From NCBI GenBank assembly GCA_032128875.1, contig JAVLKG010000003.1, positions 449,008 to 513,007 of the forward strand: a stretch of 64,000 nt of DNA, read 5' to 3'. The position numbers and the translations under genes are program-made. Shown one piece after another: positions 10,030-18,281 of the stretch. How positions within the stretch are numbered: position 1 is the first letter of the stretch; the number at the start of each line of letters is the position of its first letter. This DNA comes from Candidatus Melainabacteria bacterium 17Bon1m (GTDB taxonomy: Bacteria > Cyanobacteriota > Vampirovibrionia > Obscuribacterales > Obscuribacteraceae). The notes beneath the pieces are model-generated. The model was not told the DNA's origin and searched no databases. It saw nothing but the letters and a program-made list of their open reading frames with translations.

Positions 10030-10755
10030 CTATATAAGTTCGCGGCGTGAGCGCTCTTGAACTTTAGTGTTCGTGCAAAGAGAGAGGATTTTGTCGACAA
10101 CTTCGGCAATAGACATTCCGTCGGTGACAATTTCGTGGGCGTCGAGTGCTTTCTTGAGTGGCGCAATTTCTCTTGTGGAATCACGCTTATCGCGCTCGAT
10201 CATTTCCTGAAGGACAGTATCGTATGCGACACTTTCGCCGCGCGCTTCAAATTCGCGCATCCTGCGTTTGGCTCTTTCGGCGGCGGACGCTGTCAGGAAA
10301 ATTTTGACCTCGGCGTTCGGAAGCACCACTGTGCCTATGTCCCGCCCGTCCAGCACAACGCCACCATTTTGTGCCAGTCGTCTTTGCTGCGCTACCAGCG
10401 AGTCTCTGACGGGTCCTATTGTTGAAATCGGGCTGACCATAAGGCTCACCTCACGAGAGCGAATCTCGTAAGTAATATCTTCTTCGTCCAGGAAGACCTT
10501 CAGAAGCGGCGTGCCATCTGCATTCGTCGAGGGCACAAGATCGATTTTTGCTTGAGCCACTGCTTGCGCTATTTCTTCAGGCTCTTCCATGCTCAACCCT
10601 TTTCGCAAGGCCAGCACTGTTGCGGCTCGGTACATTGCGCCGGTGTCTAAATACAAATAGCCGAGTTTTTTCGCCGCCAGCTTGGCGACGGTGGATTTGC
10701 CGGCGCCTGCCGGACCATCAATAGCTACTTTCAACGCCTGCGCGGTCTCAATCAT
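10030..10755 (-). CDS. cmk: Cytidylate kinase
   Basis: AIDGPAGAGKST, YLDTGAMYRA, VLDGRDIGTVVLP and ERDKRDSTR..APL. Confidence 0.97.
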   Translation of the reverse strand: MIETAQALKVAIDGPAGAGKSTVAKLAAKKLGYLYLDTGAMYRAATVLALRKGLSMEEPEEIAQAVAQAKIDLVPSTNADGTPLLKVFLDEEDITYEIRSREVSLMVSPISTIGPVRDSLVAQQRRLAQNGGVVLDGRDIGTVVLPNAEVKIFLTASAAERAKRRMREFEARGESVAYDTVLQEMIERDKRDSTREIAPLKKALDAHEIVTDGMSIAEVVDKILSLCTNTKVQERSRRELI

Positions 10756-10767
10756 GTGTGGAGAATA

Positions 10768-11523
10768 TCACTTGATGAAATAAAGCGCGACTCCAATTGC
10801 AACGACCACAAGCGCAAGTATGGCTGCCGCAATAATCGTCATTTGTGAATTGGCTTCTTCCGGTTTGTCTTTGGAGAGGTATTCGGATTGTCTGAGTGCC
10901 GGCGAGCCAGTCAATGTTTTCCTGGGATTGCGGCTCTGTACGGCATTTTGTACATCTTCTGCGCTGACCACGCCGGGCGGATAAGATTCGTTGTCGATGA
11001 GCGGTTGCATGAGTGCCCATGCCGCTTTGTCCGGAATTTTGTGGGTGCCGGAGAGAACCATTGGTGGAGGAATCGGCTCTTCTTCGTCTTCGTCTTGCAA
11101 TGCAGGCAATTCACCCAGTGTGAAGTCCTGCCCGAAGACCTTGTCCAGAAGCGCTCTTTCGTCAAAGAGCTTAGCCGGAGAGTCAGGAAGGTGTGGCATC
11201 GTCTTCACAAGCTGATCGATTTCAATATGAAGATTGGGCTGCAATTCAATGGAATCGCCTGGCTTTGCATTGAGCAGGGCGAAGTTTCCCTCGTCTATCG
11301 AAAGCAGTAGCCTGAGTGCGGAGTAGCCTGTTTCAAAACTGTCGATGACTGAAGCAGCTGTCACGTATTTGCCGCCGTCTATTGCAATTTTGCCGTTCAA
11401 TCCGTCGCGTTGCCTGTTGATTCGCAAGATCTTGAGACCTGGCGCAGGAAGCGCTTTTATGCGCAGCAAAACATCCTTCATCGCAACCTGATCTGACAAT
11501 CGACCTTCGAATATCAGATCCAC
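10768..11523 (-). CDS. DUF4388/PATAN-like N-terminal domain protein with C-terminal TM anchor
   Basis: N-terminal pattern FEGRLS...DVL...LRI...GKIAIDGG...TGYSALRLLLSIDEGNF; acidic/Pro linker; C-terminal hydrophobic helix. Confidence 0.65.
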   Translation of the reverse strand: MDLIFEGRLSDQVAMKDVLLRIKALPAPGLKILRINRQRDGLNGKIAIDGGKYVTAASVIDSFETGYSALRLLLSIDEGNFALLNAKPGDSIELQPNLHIEIDQLVKTMPHLPDSPAKLFDERALLDKVFGQDFTLGELPALQDEDEEEPIPPPMVLSGTHKIPDKAAWALMQPLIDNESYPPGVVSAEDVQNAVQSRNPRKTLTGSPALRQSEYLSKDKPEEANSQMTIIAAAILALVVVAIGVALYFIK

Positions 11524-11588
11524 GACGATGCCATCCTTCTATCTGTCCTCAGCGCATCTAGCGCTTTATTTTGTGCTGGCGATTTGTC

Positions 11589-11930
11589 TTATTGGGTTTT
11601 TGGCTCTTTGCGGGTCAAGAAACCTTTTAGCCATTCTGCAAAGGAGATTCCTTTGGCAGATGAAGCTGCGGTCTGCTGTGCCTCGGAAAGGGATGAACCA
11701 TTGGCGACCAGATGAATGATTTTCGCTACTTCATCGTCTTCTGGAAATCGACCAAGTTTGCTCTTGGAATAAATGAGCACACCCTTGTCTTCAATTTCGA
11801 ATACGCCGCCGCTTGATTTAACAAGCTCTGATTCTTCGGAAAATTGACTTTCTAATTCCGCTGCCAACCTGACAGCTCTAGCTTGATAGCCTCAAGCTCC
11901 ACAGTAAGTGATCTTGAATCTCTTTGCCAT
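11589..11930 (-). CDS. SelW/SelT/SelH (Rdx family) selenoprotein, 113 aa, Sec at codon 13
   Basis: AGGAGG RBS then ATG 11930; reads MAKRFKITYCGA-U(TGA 11894-11892)-GYQARAVRLAAEL...SSGGVFEI...LIYSK...GRFP. CxxU, GxFEI and GRFP are Rdx hallmarks; a SECIS-like hairpin follows the UGA. Confidence 0.92.
11860..11876 (-). promoter_or_regulatory. Bacterial SECIS-like stem-loop
   Basis: GCUGUCA-GGU-UGGCAGC begins 15 nt after the UGA; G-containing apical loop resembling the CAGGU apex of the E. coli fdhF SECIS. Confidence 0.7.
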
Positions 11931-12054
11931 AAACCCTCCTTGATTCCAGTTGTGTCTGTTCGGACACCATCATGTTATCTTACCGCCCTTGAAACGGACG
12001 TGTAAGAAAAGCCATCTAACAGTTGAAGACTATGCTGTTTGAAACTGGTTCCAA

Positions 12055-12849
12055 CTATGGAAAGCGGCGGAACAAGCGTTTCCACCAAGGCAAACTCAAA
12101 TACGCCTCGTACTGCTGTTTGAAGGCGACCATCTCGCGTTGAGCGCTGATCAGCTCATCCTTGAGCATTTGATTGTTGTGCTGGTTGGTTTCAAGCAGGC
12201 GCATCGAATTAGTCATTTCGTTGAGCATGCGGAGGTCTTCAACGTGCTGGCGCGTCTCATCTGCGAGGGCTTTGTGCACTTTGACCAGCTCTTTGAGCAA
12301 TTGCTCGACTTCCTCGGAGCGGTCGATAATGATGGTTTGATTCTCGAGCCCGTCTTCTGAGGGCTTCACCACAAATGCTTCTTTCGGCTTGCTGTTAGGC
12401 AGAGCAAGATTCAACGCTTCTTCCAGTAAATTTGGTATCAAGTCGTCACCTTCTGTTTCTCTTGCCTGTTCTTCGTCTTTCGAGCGATGTCTGACCTTAA
12501 AACTGTCGGGCGGTATAACCCGCCACTCATCATTGCCGTCGATGCGTATTTTCTTTGCTATCCAGCCATCCGGGAGCTTGTTGCCCCAGCGACCCAGGAT
12601 GCTGCGTTCGAGTGCTCGCACGGAGCGTCCTAAAAGTGAAGAGGCTTCTTTGATGGTGAGCGCCGGGCGTGCCAGCTCTTCTTCCGTCATTAAGTCAGAA
12701 ATTGATTCCGAGTCACCGTATACTTCGCATTCATCGAATTCATCGCATGCCTTAGCTTCTTCTGATCGCGTCTCAGGCTCGCTTTTCAGATTGATTTCCT
12801 GTTCGATTTCCGCGGGTGCTTTTGTTTCCAGCTCGGTAGTTTCGACCAT
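12055..12849 (-). CDS. HTH (MerR/Xis-like) plus coiled-coil protein with a WWKRLF tail
   Basis: LTIKEASSLLGRSVRALER HTH-like motif; C-terminal coiled coil; amphipathic LPWWKRLFRRFP; GAGGG RBS before ATG 12849 (ORF open from 12861). Confidence 0.7.
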   Translation of the reverse strand: MVETTELETKAPAEIEQEINLKSEPETRSEEAKACDEFDECEVYGDSESISDLMTEEELARPALTIKEASSLLGRSVRALERSILGRWGNKLPDGWIAKKIRIDGNDEWRVIPPDSFKVRHRSKDEEQARETEGDDLIPNLLEEALNLALPNSKPKEAFVVKPSEDGLENQTIIIDRSEEVEQLLKELVKVHKALADETRQHVEDLRMLNEMTNSMRLLETNQHNNQMLKDELISAQREMVAFKQQYEAYLSLPWWKRLFRRFP

Positions 12850-13045
12850 CTTCGCCCTCAAATCTTCTCAACAGCAAGTTTTGCCGCATTTCGCCTTGAA
12901 TTCGAAATGCAAGTTGCCGGACCTTATTTTAGCCCCTTTGTCATGAGGAGCGGCTCTCTATGAAGCGCATCTGTATAGAAAGTTTCTCATGAGAAAACCT
13001 GCAAGAGCCCACGGCTTTGGCAATTGTGCTTCCCGCGGGAGGCGT

Positions 13046-13079
13046 AAAACCAAAGGGAGGCGGATCAACCACCTCCCTT
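13046..13079 (-). terminator. Intrinsic terminator of the SOD gene
   Basis: Minus strand AAGGGAGGTGG-TTGAT-CCGCCTCCCTT followed by TGGTTTT. Confidence 0.75.
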
Positions 13080-13121
13080 CAATGTCTTTTAGCTCTGAGA
13101 GCCGGTTTTCAAAGATTGGAT

Positions 13122-13736
13122 CTACTTGATCAATCTTGATTCAACAGCAGCCCAGTCGATGTTGCTGAAGAATGCCTCGATGTATTTTGGTCTTTCTGCC
13201 GGTTTGTAATCGAGCAAGAAAGCGTGCTCCCAGGCATCCATTACGAGGATCGGCTTGAATCCGGCAATGTTGCCTTCTTCGTGCAACGTTACCCAATGGT
13301 TGGAAAGCACTTTGGTGTCTGGATCTTGGAACAAGATTGCCCAGCCCACTCCGCGCATCGCGCCTACTTTCATGAAGTCGTTTTTCCAAACTTCGTAAGA
13401 AGAATAGGTGTCGCAGATTGCTTTGCCGATTGCACTGCTTTCTTTTGGTTCGTCGGAGCCACCGGACTTGAGGTTGCCGAAATAGTATTCGTGCAAAACT
13501 TTGCCGTTGTATTCGAAGCCGTAACGACGCTTCAATTCAGCGTATTCCGGAGTGCCGCTCTTGCCGGCTTCGGTCAGTTCAATGACTTTCTCATTGAGGG
13601 TATTGGTGTTGGTTACATAACCACCGTACAAGGCAAAGTGAATTTCCAATGTCTTGTCCGAGATGCCATTCAAATTCTTGAGATGGGAGAAGTCTTTCTT
13701 CTCGTATGTTTTGTATTGAATTTTTGTTCCTTGCAT
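13122..13736 (-). CDS. sod: Fe/Mn superoxide dismutase
   Basis: Metal ligands in LEIHF, VLHEYYF and MDAWEHA; GVGWA; YIEAFFSNIDW; AGGAG RBS. Confidence 0.93.
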   Translation of the reverse strand: MQGTKIQYKTYEKKDFSHLKNLNGISDKTLEIHFALYGGYVTNTNTLNEKVIELTEAGKSGTPEYAELKRRYGFEYNGKVLHEYYFGNLKSGGSDEPKESSAIGKAICDTYSSYEVWKNDFMKVGAMRGVGWAILFQDPDTKVLSNHWVTLHEEGNIAGFKPILVMDAWEHAFLLDYKPAERPKYIEAFFSNIDWAAVESRLIK

Positions 13737-14002
13737 CGCGCTCTCCTATGCAACACAGTAAGACCATGAAGGTCTCGTGGACATCTGTCTCTCGTGGCTG
13801 TCATTCATACCATAAATCCTTTTTCAAGAAGGACGATTGTTCATTAAACAGCAGGTTTTCGCAACCAAAACCTACTTTTCGGCTGGTTTTTGTACCGCGG
13901 GAAGCCCAGTAATAATGCGATTTTCAGCGTTGCGCGCATTCTAAATTTAGAACGGCACCATATGTGGTGTCGCTGAATGTCTGTCGTTTTTGCTTCTGAA
14001 AC

Positions 14003-15754
14003 TTAAGGAACCAGGTCGGCAAGACGTTTGCGTGGCTTCTGCCCTTCGTCGCCCTGGGCTGCCTCAGGCGGCGCTTCATGAGGTTGTGCTGCTTGAACCG
14101 GCTGTCCTGTTGCGGGATCGATTTGCTGCTGCATCTGTTGGGCTGCTGCTGCTTGTTCTTCCGGAGTCGGAGCAGCCGGCGCCGGAGGTGGCGGTGGCGG
14201 CATAAATCCTTCCGGTGGTCCTGCTGTTGCTGCTTCGGCTGCAGGAGCCGGTTGAGCTGCTTGCTGCACATCGGCAACCTGTTGCTCGTAAGCGTGTTGC
14301 ATTTGTTCGTAAGCTTGCTGCTGCGGCGCCGGTGCAGCTTGTTCGTAAGCCTGCTGTTGCATCTGCTGAATTTGTTGCTGCTGCTCTGCCAATTGCTCTG
14401 GTGTCAGGTGCAACTCGGCGGGTGTAACCGGAGGCAATTGAGCTGTGGCATTTGGATCGACTGTAGCGTGAGAATAACCATCGGCAGCCGAGGCCATATC
14501 GACAACCGCCGCTGCCAACGTGCTGCCTGTGCCTGTACCTGCGGCGCTTTGAGACGTGTAGCTGTTGTATGGTTGATTCAAAAACCAGCCCATTTGAGCA
14601 AAAGCATCTTCAAGCGAAATTTGATTGGTAATGCAATAGTTGAGAGCAACGATCGCTTGCTCGACACTAACTACTCCCTTAGCCATGAAATCATTTAAGG
14701 CAAGCGATACACCCATTTCAAACTCACCGATTGCGCCCACTTTGTGCAGCATCAATCCCATGATTTGAGCGTCCCGGGTGCCGTTTCGCACAGCTTCTTC
14801 AATTTGCTGTGGCGAAATTCTTCCCGCCAGTTGCAAGAATTGATAGAGCGGAACAGTTTCAACAACCGGCTCTTTCTGCGGTTCTTGGGCTCTTATGACT
14901 TCTTCGATTGTGGTGCCGCCACTGGCCACCATGTTCAAAACCAGCGCTGCTTGATCGCCGATTAACGAACCGGCCGCGACCATCCTCTGCAATTCGAGAG
15001 CATTGTTGAGAATGTGTTCGTTGATGGCGCCTTGTGCGATAAGTATCTGTCCGAGCGGTTGTTCTTGCACCAGACCCATCTCGACATAGTCCATCAAATT
15101 GGTGTCCGGCATGATGCCAGCTTTGACAAGCAATTCACCCAATCGGATTGTATTGTGCAGCGGCAATTGCAAGCCTGTTTCGGCAAGCGATTGTTCCAGA
15201 GGAATATGGCGTTCGCGCGCCGCTCTGAGACCTTGCAGTGCTTGTTCGCGGGTAATTTTGTGGTCGCGCACCAATACCTGCGCGTTCAAGGCAGCAGAAA
15301 GCAAAGGCTCGACCACTGCTCCGGTCAGAAGCAAAATACGACCGAGTGGCAATCCGCTCTGGGTAGACTGCGCCAATGCCTGGTCGAGAACTTCCTTGGT
15401 AATCATTTCGGCTTCGACAATCAATTCGCCCAATTTGTTGGTGGGCTGACTTTGCTGCACTTCCAATCCGAGTTGTCGGAAGGCGTCTTCGAGCGCCATC
15501 TCTTCTTTGCCGACAATTGCCAGCGCTTGAAGCACTGTCTCTAAACTTATGACACCGTCTTTGAGCAGGGATTGAGCCTGGACTGCGGCTCTCAATTGAC
15601 CGTCGGAGAGAAAACCCGACATAATCAAAACGCGTCCCACCGGCAGGGATTGATGCTTGGCGATTTGCATCGCTTCACGTAGTTCTTCCGGTCTGAGGAG
15701 GCCAGCCTGAGTCAACAGATCGCCCAGACGAACTCCACCTGCTTCACTTGTCAT
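14003..15754 (-). CDS. Multi-MshEN (GSPII_N-like) repeat protein with a Q/A/P-rich tail
   Basis: Tandem motifs RLGDLLTQAG...PVGRVLIMSG, KLGELIVEAE...PLGRILLLTG, RLGELLVKAG...PLGQILIAQG and a degenerate fourth; no ATPase domain. Confidence 0.8.
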   Translation of the reverse strand: MTSEAGGVRLGDLLTQAGLLRPEELREAMQIAKHQSLPVGRVLIMSGFLSDGQLRAAVQAQSLLKDGVISLETVLQALAIVGKEEMALEDAFRQLGLEVQQSQPTNKLGELIVEAEMITKEVLDQALAQSTQSGLPLGRILLLTGAVVEPLLSAALNAQVLVRDHKITREQALQGLRAARERHIPLEQSLAETGLQLPLHNTIRLGELLVKAGIMPDTNLMDYVEMGLVQEQPLGQILIAQGAINEHILNNALELQRMVAAGSLIGDQAALVLNMVASGGTTIEEVIRAQEPQKEPVVETVPLYQFLQLAGRISPQQIEEAVRNGTRDAQIMGLMLHKVGAIGEFEMGVSLALNDFMAKGVVSVEQAIVALNYCITNQISLEDAFAQMGWFLNQPYNSYTSQSAAGTGTGSTLAAAVVDMASAADGYSHATVDPNATAQLPPVTPAELHLTPEQLAEQQQQIQQMQQQAYEQAAPAPQQQAYEQMQHAYEQQVADVQQAAQPAPAAEAATAGPPEGFMPPPPPPAPAAPTPEEQAAAAQQMQQQIDPATGQPVQAAQPHEAPPEAAQGDEGQKPRKRLADLVP

Positions 15755-15948
15755 CGAAGTTACCTACTCCATAGTCTTTGTAGATTCTAAAGCAAAATCT
15801 TTCATATCTTTATGCATTCTGCCCGTTGGCAGCGCATCTTAATTTCTGCGGTCGCAAAGAGAGAGTAAAACTCCCGCCTTTGCAAAGATGCAAAAATGCC
15901 GGCAGAGCCGTAAAGTCCTGCTGTGCTTAATTTTTCACTCTTGGGATA

Positions 15949-16827
15949 CTAAACTGCGTCCGGAGTCAGACGTGGTTCCATATCGGTCAACTTTTCGAGG
16001 GCTGCGACCGGACCTTCGATGTTTTCCAGTGCTGCCGCTCGACGATTTTTATCAGAATCTGACGCTAAGACACCGCCGGAGAGCAATTCCTGATTCTTGG
16101 GCAAACGAACGTCTTTTGCCAAACCAAGTGCCTTCATCAGGAGAATTGCGTACCAGGAGATGTCGAACTCTCTCCAGCTTAATCCGTGGCGGGCTGACTG
16201 AGGGAAGGCATGGTGGTTGTTGTGCCATCCTTCGCCGCAGGCTAACAAACCTACCCACCAGACATTGCGGCTGGCATCGGCCGTTTCGAAGTTGCGGTAC
16301 CCGAATTGCGGAATGTGGCAAACGGAATTGACCAAAAATGCGGCAATAAAAATGGTTGCGGCCCCCAGCAGGTTGGCAACAAGGGCGACAGGGCCAAGGA
16401 GAGCCAGGATTAAGAGACGAAAAACCACACAGACTGAGAGGCAAATCAGCCACTGGGTCTTGGGATTGGACGGATCCAGGGCGCGATAGACCGGGTCTCT
16501 CAAAAGGTCAGGAACGACGACAGGGAACTGTTCTTTGGGGGTTTTATATTCCGGAGAAAACAGCCAACCTGCAAAAGAATGCCAAAAACCGTTGCGAGGG
16601 GAGTGAGGATCGCCCTCTTTGTCGGTCAGTTTGTGATGCACTCGATGAGTTGCCACCCAGGCTATCGGCGAACCTTCAAAACAGAGGTAGCCGCCCGAGA
16701 CGATGAAATATTCCAAAAATCTCGGAATTTTGATGGCACGGTGTGAGAGAAGTCGGTGATAGCCGATAGTGATGCCAAGACCGTGATAAAGCCATGACGC
16801 GACAAAAACTGTCAGGAAAAGAAGCAT
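15949..16827 (-). CDS. Delta-9 acyl-lipid/acyl-CoA fatty acid desaturase (DesC/OLE1-like)
   Basis: His boxes GYHRLLSH, HRVHH and GEGWHNNHH; GDPHSP; NSVCH. Confidence 0.93.
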   Translation of the reverse strand: MLLFLTVFVASWLYHGLGITIGYHRLLSHRAIKIPRFLEYFIVSGGYLCFEGSPIAWVATHRVHHKLTDKEGDPHSPRNGFWHSFAGWLFSPEYKTPKEQFPVVVPDLLRDPVYRALDPSNPKTQWLICLSVCVVFRLLILALLGPVALVANLLGAATIFIAAFLVNSVCHIPQFGYRNFETADASRNVWWVGLLACGEGWHNNHHAFPQSARHGLSWREFDISWYAILLMKALGLAKDVRLPKNQELLSGGVLASDSDKNRRAAALENIEGPVAALEKLTDMEPRLTPDAV

Positions 16828-17060
16828 GGGTATACTCGCAGGATCCTAAGCCCGGCAACCATCTTGGGGAAGAAACCAAAATCGCCGGACCGCCTGTAGT
16901 TTAACTCCGATGTCCCTCTATTTAAAGTGCATGACATCTGTGAGTTTGGTCACGGGCGAGTTAATTGCGCTTGTTGTAAGTAAGACTTTTGGCTGTGGTA
17001 TCAAATATGGTGCACAGAACTTTGTCGTTGTTTTTAACCATAATCTTCAAAAATATCTCT

Positions 17061-17092
17061 AAAAACGAGACCAGGCGCTCGAAAGCGCCTGG
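17061..17092 (-). terminator. Intrinsic terminator with UUCG tetraloop
   Basis: CCAGGCGCT-TTCG-AGCGCCTGG followed by TCTCGTTTTT on the minus strand. Confidence 0.7.
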
Positions 17093-17230
17093 CGAATTTC
17101 TCATGGTTCCTTAGAACCTCACCATCTTGGTGTTATGGTGCCCCCGTGGGGGCGGTTTTCAACTAGGTTGTGTTCAATTGTCAAAGACGCTTGCTCTAAG
17201 GATGTCCTCCGGGAGCGAAGTTCTGACTCT
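17061..17230 (-). ncRNA. Candidate structured ncRNA or leader RNA (5' end approximate)
   Basis: Long-range 10-bp helix, several internal hairpins, boxA-like GCGTCTTTGACAATT and a terminal UUCG hairpin with U tract. Confidence 0.45.
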
Positions 17231-17507
17231 TTCATAATGCCCTTGAAAATGCGCAATCTAACCTCTTTCTCGCGCAAATTTGAAAGATCTTTTGTTTTTG
17301 TAGCGCAGGCAACAATGTCGCTTTGAATTTTGTTATTGGCAAAACAAAATTCCGGAAAAATCAATATCACTCGATGTGGTATCACGCGCCAATCGCAGTG
17401 GGATGGTAACGCGGCACCGTATATGGTGCGGATATGCGCCGGCTTGGTCGAGTTAGCTCCTGTATCCAATCACTGAATTTTGTCAGCGTATCTAAGAAGT
17501 GAATAAA

Positions 17508-18053
17508 TCAGTGAATCAATTTGAGCGTGGGCATTTTTTTAGCTGCTATTTGCGAGCTGTCTTCGTCCGTGCAAGGCGGCTCTGTCATAAGCCTGGTGAT
17601 TGATTTTGCCAGCTCTAGCCGATTGTTTTCTTTGTAAGTGACATACCGCTCTTCCAGGCGTCCGTCTTTGAACAGTAGGACAGCGGGCACTTCCGGCACG
17701 TCATACTTGTAACTCAGTCCCAGATTCTTGTTCAAGTCGAGCCTGACGTAATCGACCTTTCCGCCAAATTTCGATACTAACTCGATAATCGATTTGGCTG
17801 CCGGATCGCAAGCAGGACAAGTGGGCAGCGAAAATTCGACCAAAACAATTCCTCGTCTTGCCAGCACGCGCGTACGAAACTTCAATTCCTGCTCGTTCTT
17901 CAAAGTGCGAGCAAGGTGTTCGTTTTGTTCGGCTTTATTGCCCAGAGGCACATAAGTGCCCAGCTGATCTGCGCCGATTTGTGCTGCGCACGGCAAAACG
18001 TTAGTGCAGGCAAGCAGCAAGATTGATACGCATCTAGCGAAAGGCAAATTCAT
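17508..18053 (-). CDS. Exported thioredoxin-family protein
   Basis: VLVEFSLPTCPAC active-site motif; cis-Pro region VPEVPAVLLFKDG; signal-peptide-like N-terminus. Confidence 0.85.
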   Translation of the reverse strand: MNLPFARCVSILLLACTNVLPCAAQIGADQLGTYVPLGNKAEQNEHLARTLKNEQELKFRTRVLARRGIVLVEFSLPTCPACDPAAKSIIELVSKFGGKVDYVRLDLNKNLGLSYKYDVPEVPAVLLFKDGRLEERYVTYKENNRLELAKSITRLMTEPPCTDEDSSQIAAKKMPTLKLIH

Positions 18054-18281
18054 ATGAACCAATCGGTCGGTCGGTGTTTAGTTTACCGTGTGAATATGTC
18101 GGCTTCTTCACGAAGGGCCCCCTCGAAGTCGCGACCAGGTCGCCCCAAAACGCAAGCTGGACAAGCTTCAAGGGAAAGCTCGCTTAGTTAATCTCTCTTG
18201 CTCAGATCTACATAGTGGATATACGTATGTACTTTTGATGAAGCGAATGTTATATCCATCTCAATATCGAGGACTGCTGCC

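Noticed and set aside
11589-11867. 92-aa ORF starting at TTG 11867, or a pseudogene interpretation of the UGA
   Set aside because: It lacks the redox motif; the upstream RBS and ATG, the CxxU position and the SECIS-like hairpin favour recoding
17414-17429. NrdR-box-like palindrome (also at about 13955)
   Set aside because: No ribonucleotide reductase genes nearby and no convincing tandem box; kept only as an unassigned motif
17119-17469. 116-aa minus-strand ORF
   Set aside because: TTG start, no recognisable domain, and it overlaps strongly structured sequence better explained as promoter plus RNA; not fully excluded
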